Positions 39,978 through 64,000 of a DNA stretch of 64,000 bases are shown piece after piece; within the stretch, counting starts at the first letter, position 1, and each line of letters starts with the position of its first letter. The notes beneath the pieces are model-generated. The model ran no database searches, was not told the origin of the DNA, and saw only the letters and a program-made list of their open reading frames with translations. The position numbers were made by a program, and so were the translations under genes. This DNA is from the human T2T-CHM13v2.0 reference genome, Homo sapiens: assembly GCF_009914755.1 (NCBI RefSeq), contig NC_060934.1. One strand, given 5' to 3'.

Positions 39978-40247
39978 GAGAAATGGCATGATTCACGACG
40001 CTGGCAGCTCTCTGTGGCCACAGAGCAACCAGAACTGGAAGGACCACGGGAAGGATATGGAGGCTTCAGGGGACAGCGGGAAGGCAGTCGAGGCTTCAGG
40101 GGACAGCGGGACGGAAACAGAAGATTCAGAGGACAGCGGGAAGGCAGTAGAGGCCCGAGAGGACAGCGATCAGGAGGTGGCAACAAAAGTAACAGATCCC
40201 AAAACAAAGGCCAGAAGCGGAGTTTCAGTAAAGCATTTGGTCAATAA
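39978..40247 (+). CDS. DDX21: DDX21 exon 15 coding part (EKWHDSRR...FRGQR repeats...SKAFGQ*)
   Basis: caacag| acceptor, TAA at 40245-40247; the 15 exons sum to 2352 nt = 783 aa plus stop. Confidence 0.97.
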
Positions 40248-42500
40248 TTAGAAATAGAAGATTTATATAGCAAAAAGAGAATGATGTTTGGCAATATAGA
40301 ACTGAACATTATTTTTCATGCAAAGTTAAAAGCACATTGTGCCTCCTTTTGACCACTTGCCAAGTCCCTGTCTCTTTCAGACACAGACAAGCTTCATTTA
40401 AATTATTTCATCTGATCATTATCATTTATAACTTTATTGTTACTTCATCAGTTTTTCCTTTTGAAAGGTGTATGAATTCATTACATTTTTATTCTAATGT
40501 ATTATCTGTAGATTAGAAGATAAAATCAAGCATGTATCTGCCTATACTTTGTGAGTTCACCTGTCTTTATACTCAAAAGTGTCCCTTAATAGTGTCCTTC
40601 CCTGAAATAAATACCTAAGGGAGTGTAACAGTCTCTGGAGGACCACTTTGAGCCTTTGGAAGTTAAGGTTTCCTCAGCCACCTGCCGAACAGTTTCTCAT
40701 GTGGTCCTATTATTTGTCTACTGAGACTTAATACTGAGCAATGTTTTGAAACAAGATTTCAAACTAATCTGGGTTGTAATACAGTTTATACCAGTGTATG
40801 CTCTAGACTTGGAAGATGTAGTATGTTTGATGTGGATTACCTATACTTATGTTCGTTTTGATACATTTTTAGCTTCTCATTATAAGGTGATTCATGCTTT
40901 AGTGAATTCTTCATAGATAGTATATATAAAAGTACATTTTAATAGAAAGCCAGGGTTTTAAGGAATTTCACATGTATAAGGTGGCTCCATAGCTTTATTT
41001 GTAAGTAGGCTGGATAAATGGTGCTTAAATGGTAATGTACTCCACTTCTTCCTATTGGAAGATTAACATTATTTACCAAGAAGGACTTAAGGGAGTAAGG
41101 GGCGCAGATTAGCATTGCTCAAGAGTATGTAAAAAAAAAAAAAAAAAAAAGAACCAAACCACTGGAAATAATCAAATGCAAAAAGGTAACAAATTCATAA
41201 CTGGAAAGCAAAGAGAAGAACAAGTATGATTTGGATGATAAAGCATTGTTTTAATGGTGAAAACTTCACAGATCACTAATGTTTCTAGAGGTTAACTTCA
41301 AGTGGGCAAGCTGGGGTTTTTAGGTAGTCAGTGGCCTAGTTCCTAAAGCCACAGTATAGGATCTGTTAAACTGAATGTCTGTTGAAAGTTTGTTTTAGCT
41401 GCTTGGAGGCTTCCTTTTAAGACAAACTGTATGTGATTAAGTTGTTTTGAGGGAACTGAAGAACCTGATGTAGCCCCTGGCCAGATAACTGCCTGATTTC
41501 TCAGATATTATTTCTCTGGGAAACATTCTACATAGCACAGGAGCTTAAGAGTGGCATTATCTTCTCGCCTTAATTTCCAGAGATTATTTCTGTACTGAGA
41601 ATCCTGGAACTACTATGCTAGGAAATTTAAAGCTGCATGGTCTGTCTTGTTTTCATTTAATTATTGTGAATACCTAGAATCTTTCTTGGTCCTGATTTCT
41701 CTTGCTTAATCCAGTCTTTATCTCTAACTGCCCCTTATTTGATCACCATGTACTAGGAGCTCTGATAGCCAGCTCAGCTCCTAATCCTTGAGGCAACATT
41801 CTTTTTCTATTTGAACTTCAGTTCTGTCCTTGAATCCCGACTAGATATTTCTTGCCCTCTGGTCTCAGAATTCTCTTGGCTTTTATTCCTTGATCCACTT
41901 GCCAGTTTTATCACTTTACCCTTGTTCCTCATGGCTTCCCATCAAGCCATGGGTATTAGGTGACAGTGTAATTTATTAGATTCTGGTTTTGCCCAAATAC
42001 TGGGCATGCTTTAATAATAACTGAACCATTTCATTATTTGGATAGGCATGGGTACCTTATCAAGCAGATTAAAAGGATATGGTACCCGTCCTTTAGAAAA
42101 GAACAGCTAAAACCTTGTTGTGGATTATGGATTTAGCCTAAAGAAAAATAATCTGGCATAAATTAAGAGTAAGAGAGAAGATTAATAGAAATTTCACTTC
42201 ACATAACTTAAAACATGGCTATTTCAATAAAGGACTAAAGTTTCTCCTGGATCCCAGAATTCAACCTGTATTTATAAATGTATAATGTATTTAGCTACTT
42301 TTTGGTTTAAATGAACTTGTTGGGTTAGCTTGGTAAATGTTATAATTTTTACTATTTTCTACAAAGAAAATATTTTCTAATTTAAGTTGGAGCTATCTGT
42401 GCAGCAGTTTCTCTACAGTTGTGCATAAATGTTTTTACTATAAAATGAGCTAATGTATAAAATACTGCTGTATACCATAATAAAGATAGTAATACTTGAT
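40248..42500 (+). other. DDX21: DDX21 3' UTR (about 2.25 kb, no Alu; end approximate)
   Basis: AU-rich, Alu-free stretch ending at AATAAA 42479-42484 with a GU/U-rich downstream element. Confidence 0.75.
42479..42484 (+). terminator. DDX21: DDX21 distal polyadenylation signal
   Basis: AATAAA preceded by two TGTA motifs and followed by tttagtggcttttgtttt. Confidence 0.75.
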
Positions 42501-42904
42501 TTTAGTGGCTTTTGTTTTCTAAAATGAAAATAGCTTGAAATATTTATTATAAAAATAATAAAAGCTAGATATAAAAATCTAAAGAGAAAAAAAACCAGTC
42601 ACCCTTATCTAATATTTTAGTGAGCAGTCTTCCACATGTTCATTTATAAAATTGGAATTATTTGATTTTGTGTATTGCTTTTCCCCCCTCAACATGTTGT
42701 GCACAATTTTGTACAGGTTTACATGGACATTTTTGATGACATGTTTTCTTGTATGGATATGCCACTACACATTTAACCAGTACTCGATGTCCATGTTGGT
42801 TATTTCTAATTTTTCACCATTATAAACAACCCTAAAGTTAATATCCTCACATATGTGTTTGCATACTCGTCTGTCACCTTAGGATACGTTTTCTAAAGGT
42901 AGAA

Positions 42905-45805
<2,901 letters not shown>

Positions 45806-45989
45806 TTTTTTAAAAAAAGTTTTATCCAGTGACAGGCTGGGCTATACACTTAATGTCTAAAGGTTTTTGCCTTTCAGTTCATATCAACGCGAGTAGAGTT
45901 AGCTAGCTATGTTTGTAAACAATATTCCGATATGCTTCGTTAAAGTAAGCCGATATTAAACATTTATATAAATCCATCCTCACAGGGTC

Positions 45990-47010
45990 AATCTGGAGAT
46001 AAACTCACCGCTGCAGGGGGCGGGGAAGGAGGTGGGAACACGCTCATTGACAACTTCATTTCCATGAGAATGGTTGCTGTGGTGATTGCTGCGTCTTCCC
46101 ATTGGTCATTGCCGAGCGTATTGCGGTTCTCCGGGAGGGTTATATTGGTTCCCATTCCACAGCGGCCGCAACGTGTCGAGAGCCGTAAGTAAAGTGTCGC
46201 AAAGCAGAAGGAAGGCGGGAGTCCCGACTGCAAACATTGAGGAAAGCCAGGCAGTAGAGGCCGCTATGGCGAACGTTCCGTGGGCAGAGGTCTGCGAGAA
46301 ATTCCAGGCGGCGCTCGCTCTGTCGCGGGTGGAACTGCATAAAAATCCGGAGAAGGAACCATACAAGTCCAAATACAGCGCCCGGGCGCTACTGGAAGAG
46401 GTCAAGGCGCTGCTCGGCCCTGCGCCTGAGGACGAGGATGAGCGGCCTGAGGCCGAGGACAGCCCGGGTGCCGGTGACCACGCCCTGGGGCTGCCGGCTG
46501 AGGTGGTGGAGCCCGAGGGGCCCGTCGCCCAGCGAGCGGTGAGGCTGGCAGTCATCGAGTTCCACCTCGGGGTGAACCACATCGACACGGAGGAGCTGTC
46601 GGCGGGGGAGGAGCACCTGGTGAAATGCCTGCGGCTGCTGCGCAGGTACCGGCTCTCGCACGACTGCATCTCTCTCTGCATCCAGGCGCAGGTGAGAGCG
46701 AGCCCGGCCAGGCCGGCCCCTGTTGGCAAATGGCGAGGGATGGGGAGGAGCCCCTGCCAAGGCCAAGGGCAGACGTTGTAAGGCGCAATTCGTCCCCACG
46801 TTTTTGTAGCTCTGGACTGAGTCCCAAAGAGCGTCTGTGGTCTTCAAAAAAGCCAGTCTTATGGACTTATTGCCTTGTAACTAGATCTCCCACAGTCGGC
46901 CGTCCCCAGACTCCGTGTCCACCCTCGTCGCCCACACCAATATCGCTTGCTGCTGCTTCACTTAGACGTGGCGATGCATTGGTGTCCGAGACCCTCCTAC
47001 ATCGTCATGC
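45990..47010. promoter_or_regulatory. KIFBP: KIFBP CpG-island promoter: GC box GGGGCGGGG (46017-46025), two inverted CCAAT boxes (ATTGG at 46101-46105 and 46144-46148)
   Basis: GC/CpG-rich region over exon 1; motifs read directly. Confidence 0.8.
46266..46691 (+). CDS. KIFBP: KIFBP (KIAA1279/KIF1BP, kinesin family binding protein) coding exon 1, codons 1-142
   Basis: gctATGG Kozak; MANVPWAEVCEKF...CIQAQ; CAG|gtgaga donor. Confidence 0.96.
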
Positions 47011-47670
47011 GCTTTCCTCTCCACCAGTCCAACTCCTGTTCATTCTGTTAAGAAAATCCAAAGTAATTTAAATCTTAACGTCTCAAGGAAATGACAATGA
47101 CCGGAGTACATTCTTTTTTGGTTTTGTCTTGTTTTTGTTTTTTTCTTAGAGATGGGGTCTCACTGTGTCGCCCAGGTTCGAGTTAAGTGGCACCATCATA
47201 GCTCATTGCAGCTTCCACCTCTTGGGCTCAAGCAGTCCTCCTGCCTCAGCCTTCATAGTAGCTGGAACCACAGGCGCATGCCACCATTCTTGGTAATTTT
47301 TTTAATTTTCTGTAGAGATGGGGGTCTCACTATATTGCCCAGGCTGGTCTTGAACTCCTGGACTCAAGTGATCCTTCTGGCTCACCTTCTCAAAGTGCTG
47401 GGATTACAGGCCTGAGCCGCTGTGCCTGGCTCGGAATACATTCTTAATTCAAAATAAAATGTCCAAAATCTGCAGCTTCCTTTCTTACCAAATTCATTTG
47501 TTTGCATCTTAGGGAATTCTTCCCCATTCTTGAAAACCTATCTCAGGAATCACTTCCTTTAGTATTAATAACTTTCTTGGGACCATTTTGGGCCAAACTG
47601 ATCTCTCCCTCCTACCTTTGAATTCTTATAATACTTTTTGTTTCCCATTTATATGGTACTTGGTTTCTTA

Positions 47671-47796
<126 letters not shown>

Positions 47797-48560
47797 TTAA
47801 ACAAAACAAAACAAAACAAAAAACGCACAAAACTAGCCAGGCATGGTGGTACACGCCTGTAGTCTTAGCTACTGGGGAGGCTAGGTTGAGCTGGGAGGAT
47901 CACTTGAGCCCCTGGAGGAGCCATGATCATGCCACTGCAACTGCAGTCTGGGTGACAGAGCAAGACCTTTTCTCAACAACAACAAAATCCACATCAATAT
48001 TCTAAAGTAATATTGGTCAACACCTGTGAAAAGAAGGGGTGAAAAAAAGAAAAATACTTTAAAAAGTTAAAATAATATTGGGACAGGTGAACATGGATGT
48101 TTATCACAGCAGTGTTGATTATTAAAGAAGGAAAATCGCAGGGCTGAGGCAGGAGGATCGCTTGAGCCCAGGAGGTCAAGGCTGCAGTGAGCCAAGATTG
48201 TATCACTGCACTCCAGCCTGTGCAACAGAGTGAGACCCTGTCTCAAAAAGCAAAGAAAAGGAAAACAATATAAATGTCAGTAGGAATATGATTAAATTCC
48301 GTTACATCCAAACAGAAGAACAGTACACAATTATTAAAAATAATAATTTATATTAACAAAAATTGGCAATATGAAGAGGGAGGAAGAAGACTATAAGCCA
48401 TATTTAGAATTATGTAGAAAAGGCCGGATGTGGTGGCTCACACTTGTAATCCTAGCACTTTGGGAGGCTGGGATGAGATGATCACTCGAGCTTAGGAGTT
48501 CAAGACCAACCTGGGCACATAGTGACACCTCATCGCTACTAAAAATAAGAAAAAAAAATT

Positions 48561-51470
<2,910 letters not shown>

Positions 51471-52109
51471 AATTAGCTGTGTGTGGTGGCATGCATGTGT
51501 AGTCCCAGCTACTCAGGAGGCTGTGGGAGGACTGCTTAAGCCTGGGAGATCAAGGCTGCAGTAAGCTAAGATGGTGTCACTGCACTCCAGCCTGGGTGAC
51601 AGAGTAAGACCCTGTCTCAGAAAAAAAAAAAATTTATAGAATGATCCTATTTTTGTATAAGACTAAGTATACACACACACACACATACTTACATTATATA
51701 TACACATATAGTAAAAAGTTTATATACATGTGAATATATACAAATACATATGTATGTGTGTGTATATGGAAGAGTTTTGCAAGTATCAGTTAATGGGAAT
51801 TCATGATATTCTAACTGCTTTGTCTTAATCTGGTGTCTTCTCCTTGGGGAACTACAGAACTTGGCTCTATATTATTTATCAAAAGAGATTGATATTACAT
51901 TAGATTATCAAGAGATTTCTGTCTTCTCTGGGTTCCAGTGCCTTAGGAATAATTTTTATCTGGTATTCCTTCTGATCCTTGTTATCACCAGTACACACTG
52001 GCACTACCATCTTGATTACTTCACTTTAGTAAAATTTCCTAGGAAATTAGTAGATTGCTGTCCCCACTCCAGGTTATATATGTATAGGAGTACTTTTTGT
52101 TGTTATTGT

Positions 52110-53155
<1,046 letters not shown>

Positions 53156-53308
53156 CTTTTTTAGCTGTTTTTATTTTATATTTTACTTTTCTCCTTACCT
53201 AGTTTGATAGTGGCAAGGATATGATATGTGAAAGATGCAAGACCTTCCATTGTAGCTTTTCTACCCTTAGTAGGATTTATATTGTATTTAAAGAATAATT
53301 CACATAAA

Positions 53309-54440
<1,132 letters not shown>

Positions 54441-54709
54441 AGTGATTTGATCATTCCACTGGAACATAGCACTTTGGTCTTCCGGCTTTACAAAATATAT
54501 CCATTGTATATATATTTTTTTAAGTGACTTGATCAGTCCTCAGTATCCAGGACTATAGGTCATACTGATAATGTTTTGAGATTGGATAGTTCTCTCCTCT
54601 ATGTTACTTATGAGGTCCTTTCCAGGACCTCATTAAACTACATAAGTAATAGAGGCTTGACATAATAGAGGACCTTATTAAACCTCATAAGTAATAGAGA
54701 CTTGAAGGG

Positions 54710-55074
54710 TGATATGGTTTGGCTCTGTGTCCCCACCCAAATCTCATGTTGAATTGTGATCTTCAGTCTTGGAGGAGAAGCCTGGTGGGAGGTGACTGGA
54801 TCATGGGGGTGGATTTCGTCTTGCTGTTCTCATGAGATCTGGTTGTTTGAAAGTGTATAGCACTTCCTTCTTTGCTCTCTCCCCTTCCTACTCCAGCCAT
54901 GTAGAATGTTTGGGCTTCCCCTTCACCTTTTGCCGTGATTGTAAGTTTCCCGAGGCCTCCCCAGCCATACCTCCTGTACAGCCTGTGGAACTGTGACCCA
55001 ATTAAACCTCTTTTCTTTATAAAGTATCTAGTCTCAGGTAGTTCTTTATAGCAATATGAGAATGAACTAATAGA
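54710..55074 (+). mobile_element. Solo ERVL-MaLR LTR (MSTA/THE1-like) with 5-bp TSD aaggg
   Basis: Begins tgatatggtttggctctgtgtccccacccaaatctcat and ends gaactaataga; aaggg at 54705-54709 and 55075-55079. Confidence 0.9.
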
Positions 55075-56158
55075 AAGGGCTCTGCCTTCCTAATAACTTA
55101 CTGATTGTAATTTCCTGATCTTAGACCTACAGGCCACCTTTTCCTTACTCTTTAGTTCAACTTATTTCTCCTTTGATGATAGACAGTGCTTGGGAAACTC
55201 CTTTGACCATGACACCAGTAAGCCCCACTGCAGCACACTGCAACTAACCTAGGTAGTCTAGAGACTCACCTAGTACCAGAAACTGGTTAGTCACACTCTA
55301 TTTTTGGGACAGGGTTGTGTTTGGCCTGCTATATTCAGGGTAGACTGTGCCACAGAAAGCAACAATTCTTGGTATGTGACAAATCTGAAACCATGAAACC
55401 ATGATTGTAAGTTTCCCGAGGCCTCCCCAGCCATACCTCCTGTACAGCCTGTGGAACTGTGAGCCAATTAAACTTCTTTTCTTTATAAAGTATCTAGTCT
55501 CAGGTAGTTCTTTATAGCAATATGAGAATGGACTAATACAAAGGGCTCTGCCTTCCTAATAACTTACTGATTGGTCATGTTACATGTTAGTCAGGCTGGT
55601 CTTGAACTCCTGACCCCGTGATCTGCCCGCTTCAGCCTCCCAAAGTGCTGGGATTACAGGCGTGAGCCATTGCACCCAGCCCAAAAGATTTTTAAAACAA
55701 AATGTGTGATATAGTAATATATATGCTTCTTTATTAACACATTATATAATGTGTCTAATATCTATGATGATTTTAAAGTAATGATGAGCATAAATGATAT
55801 TTTGAGATATCTGCAAACTAGCATAATAGAAAGGTTTTTTTTTTTCATTTCTATTGTTCACAAAGTCCCAGGTCCTATAATACTGCTACAATTTATTTCC
55901 TGTGTTCATAATGAAAAGAAATGCTGTATTTTAATAGGAGATTGGTGAAAAGAAATTTGTATTTTTTTCCCTGTCCAAATTCATGGACTCTGAATTCTCT
56001 TTATGGATGCCTTGGGGATCCTTAGACTTGAGGTTAAGAATTTCTGCATTAAAAACTTCCTTCCCTAGTGGCAAAAGATGGTAGAAGGCCAGCCTCAGAA
56101 GTATCCTTGTGCCTGAAGGACTGACTATTCCAAGGGAAGTGAGGTAGACTAACCCCAC

Positions 56159-56188
56159 TACATACATACATACATACATACATATATG

Positions 56189-56228
<40 letters not shown>

Positions 56229-56232
56229 TTTT
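56159..56232. repeat. Compound (CATA)n-(TA)n-(T)n microsatellite at an Alu tail
   Basis: Read directly. Confidence 0.9.
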
Positions 56233-56254
56233 GAGACAGAGTCTCAATCTGTAG

Positions 56255-56401
<147 letters not shown>

Positions 56402-56530
56402 TAGAGATGGGGTTTCACCACGTTGGCCAGGCTGGTCTCGAACTCCTGACCTCAAGTGATCTGCCTACTTCGGCCTCCCAAAGTGCTGGGATTACAGGTG
56501 TGAGCCACTGTGCCGGGCCCATATATATAA

Positions 56531-56755
<225 letters not shown>

Positions 56756-56899
56756 TGAACTTCTCGCCTCAAGTGATCTGCCTGCCTCGGCCTCCCAAAG
56801 TGCTAGAATTACAGGCGTGAGCCACCATGCCTGGCCTATTTCTTTTTTTTTAAAAAAAAAAAGGTCTCTGGAAGAGCATAGTATTTTGAAAGTATTATA

Positions 56900-57710
<811 letters not shown>

Positions 57711-57863
57711 CTACATAAGGTCAATATCATTGTGAATAATTAATTCATTGGTAATCCAACTCTACTATTTGGTTGGTTATAAGTATTGACTTCAAAACTA
57801 TGAAAGTTACTTTAATTGGAAGTCTTATATCATTGTTTGTTTCTCTTTTTCTTTATTTTCCAG

Positions 57864-57962
57864 AATAACCTGGGTATCTTGTGGTCTGAAAGAGAAGAAA
57901 TTGAAACTGCACAGGCTTACCTAGAGTCATCAGAAGCACTATATAATCAGTATATGAAAGAG
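57864..57962 (+). CDS. KIFBP: KIFBP exon 2 (NNLGILWSEREEIETAQAYLE...MKE; TPR-like)
   Basis: Strong polypyrimidine tract with cag|, GAG|gtatgt donor, 99 nt. Confidence 0.95.
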
Positions 57963-58345
57963 GTATGTTACATGTCAGATGAGTTTTAAGTTTTGATTGA
58001 AACTAGTTAAGAATTGATAGTAAGAATCCCTCATTCGTAATATTGGTGTGACTCTTCACTGTGCCCTAGAACTTCTCTATAGAGCCATCTGGGAAGTCAC
58101 CTCATAGCTGAAATTATTGCATATTAAAGACTTCAGGGTTTTAAAAAAATAATCCTTGTATAGGACATAATGGCCACCTAGTCTAAATACAATTATAAAG
58201 GAAATATTATTCTAGTGTTATCCTAAAATACTATTTGCATGTTTTTGTATTTATAATCTAAACATTCTATTTTAGTTTTCCATGAAAATAGCACTACTTG
58301 AAGGAAACAAGAACTACTTTAACAAAACATCTGAAATCTTTGAAG

Positions 58346-58535
58346 CAATGGTTCTCAAATGTTAGCACCCATCAAAATCTGGAGAGCTCATGAAAGCACA
58401 GCAGACTGGGCATCCAGGCTCTGATTTAGTAGTTCTGGGGTGGGGCCTAGGAATTTGCATTTTTAATAAGATCCTGCCTGGGTGATGCTTAAATGCTGCT
58501 GGTCTAAGTACTATACTGTACTTTGAGAACCACTG
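58346..58535. mobile_element. MER5A-like hAT-Charlie DNA transposon
   Basis: Terminal inverted repeats caatggttctcaaa / tttgagaaccactg, about 190 bp. Confidence 0.8.
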
Positions 58536-58908
58536 CTTCAGGGCAATGGTTTTTCAATGATTTTTTTTTTTTTTAACCCGTGAAACCCTTCTGAAAATGC
58601 AGCATATAAAAATTGATTGAGTTACTCTGGTTAAGCAGGTTAGAAGGACCCAGAGCCCACTCCACTACAGATTCTTCCTCCTCCCCACTGCAGTAGCACA
58701 AAAGAGATGCTGTAGAACTTTTAGGGGTCTGGGGAGCCAACATTGAAAACTCTCACTTTAGGGGTCACAGCCTGCAAAGGTGACAAGCCACTGTGTTACC
58801 ATCTGTTTCCTTAATAAACTTTTTTTTAATATGAAAGGGAAATAATCAGGCACAATATTTTCTTGTGGATTACTATTTGTCACAGCTATCTGCTTTAAAA
58901 ATCCATTA

Positions 58909-63153
<4,245 letters not shown>

Positions 63154-63170
63154 TTATTTTTTCTTTACAG

Positions 63171-63354
63171 ATTTGAAAAGGTTTATACTCATAACCTATA
63201 TTACCTAGCTCAAGTCTACCAGCATCTGGAAATGTTTGAGAAGGCTGCTCACTATTGCCATAGTACACTAAAACGCCAGCTTGAGCACAATGCCTACCAT
63301 CCTATAGAGTGGGCTATCAATGCTGCTACCTTGTCACAGTTTTACATCAATAAG
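63171..63354 (+). CDS. KIFBP: KIFBP exon 4 (FEKVYTHNLYYLAQVYQ...SQFYINK); gene continues beyond the window
   Basis: ttacag| ... AAG|gtaagc, 184 nt; frame continuous with exon 3. Confidence 0.95.
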
Positions 63355-64000
63355 GTAAGCTTCTTGAAGTAGTTATCTAACAGAGTACCAATAGTGAGTA
63401 TAAAAATAGAACCAGTAGTACCTTGAAAATACTATCTTTTAAAAACAGGTAGCTTGTATTTTATGATGTACAACTGAAGCCGAAAATGCAGCCCAGTTTG
63501 CCCGTGTACTAAAATTTTGTAGCTTTTTGTTGTATGAATTATTTTGAGTTTTAAAATACCGAGTTTTATCATTGTTTTACATGTTACCTAAGACCAATTC
63601 TTTTTTTAACATAGGCACGCTATCTCAACTCATTTTAGTGAGATATTACCTTAAATTGCAGATTTTACCTTGTAGATATAGCTTTATCTTTACGTAATGG
63701 TAATCTCATAACTCTGAGAATTTGACTGAGGAAGTTGACTGTTAAATGTGGGCTTTGATAAAAGCATGTGATGCATTTCAGTTATTTTTCAGAATTAACT
63801 CTGTAATAATTTTTTAATGTTGGAAATATGTCTGCTGAGTTCCAAAGTTCTAGGTCTTTATACCATACTTCTTTTGGATTGTTACACAGGGACAATGTTT
63901 TTGAGCTTCTTAGTTGTTTATCAGAATTTCTCATAAAAATTTAAAAAAGCATTGCTCACATCATGTTGGTGTACTCTTAATTGACCCATTTATTCCTTTA

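Noticed and set aside
46086-47071. 231-aa extended ORF and antisense 207/152-aa ORFs at KIFBP exon 1
   Set aside because: Shadows of a GC-rich coding exon; the supported start is the Kozak ATG at 46266

Overview
Human (primate) genomic DNA, very Alu-dense, recognisable as the DDX50-DDX21-KIFBP (KIAA1279) locus (10q22.1, from recall). All three genes are on the + strand. The window holds the last two coding exons and 3' UTR of DDX50 (633-4260) and the complete DDX21 gene: 15 GT-AG coding exons totalling 2352 nt (783 aa plus stop), a CpG-island promoter and a 3' UTR of about 2.25 kb. It also holds the promoter and coding exons 1-4 of KIFBP (codons 1-263). KIFBP intron 1 contains a sense-strand MED28 processed pseudogene of about 2.9 kb that split an older Alu. 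The rest is Alu, L1, L2, MIR, MaLR LTR and hAT DNA-transposon relics. I see no convincing new gene system. The most unusual signals are: (i) short non-tandem duplications (39, 52 and 172 bp) plus fold-back and micro-duplication scars that look like templated repair insertions; (ii) a possible cryptic terminal exon inside the MED28 retrocopy; (iii) phase-compatible read-through junctions between the three genes; (iv) fused or abutting inverted Alu pairs. Repeat boundaries and subfamily names were called by eye and are approximate.
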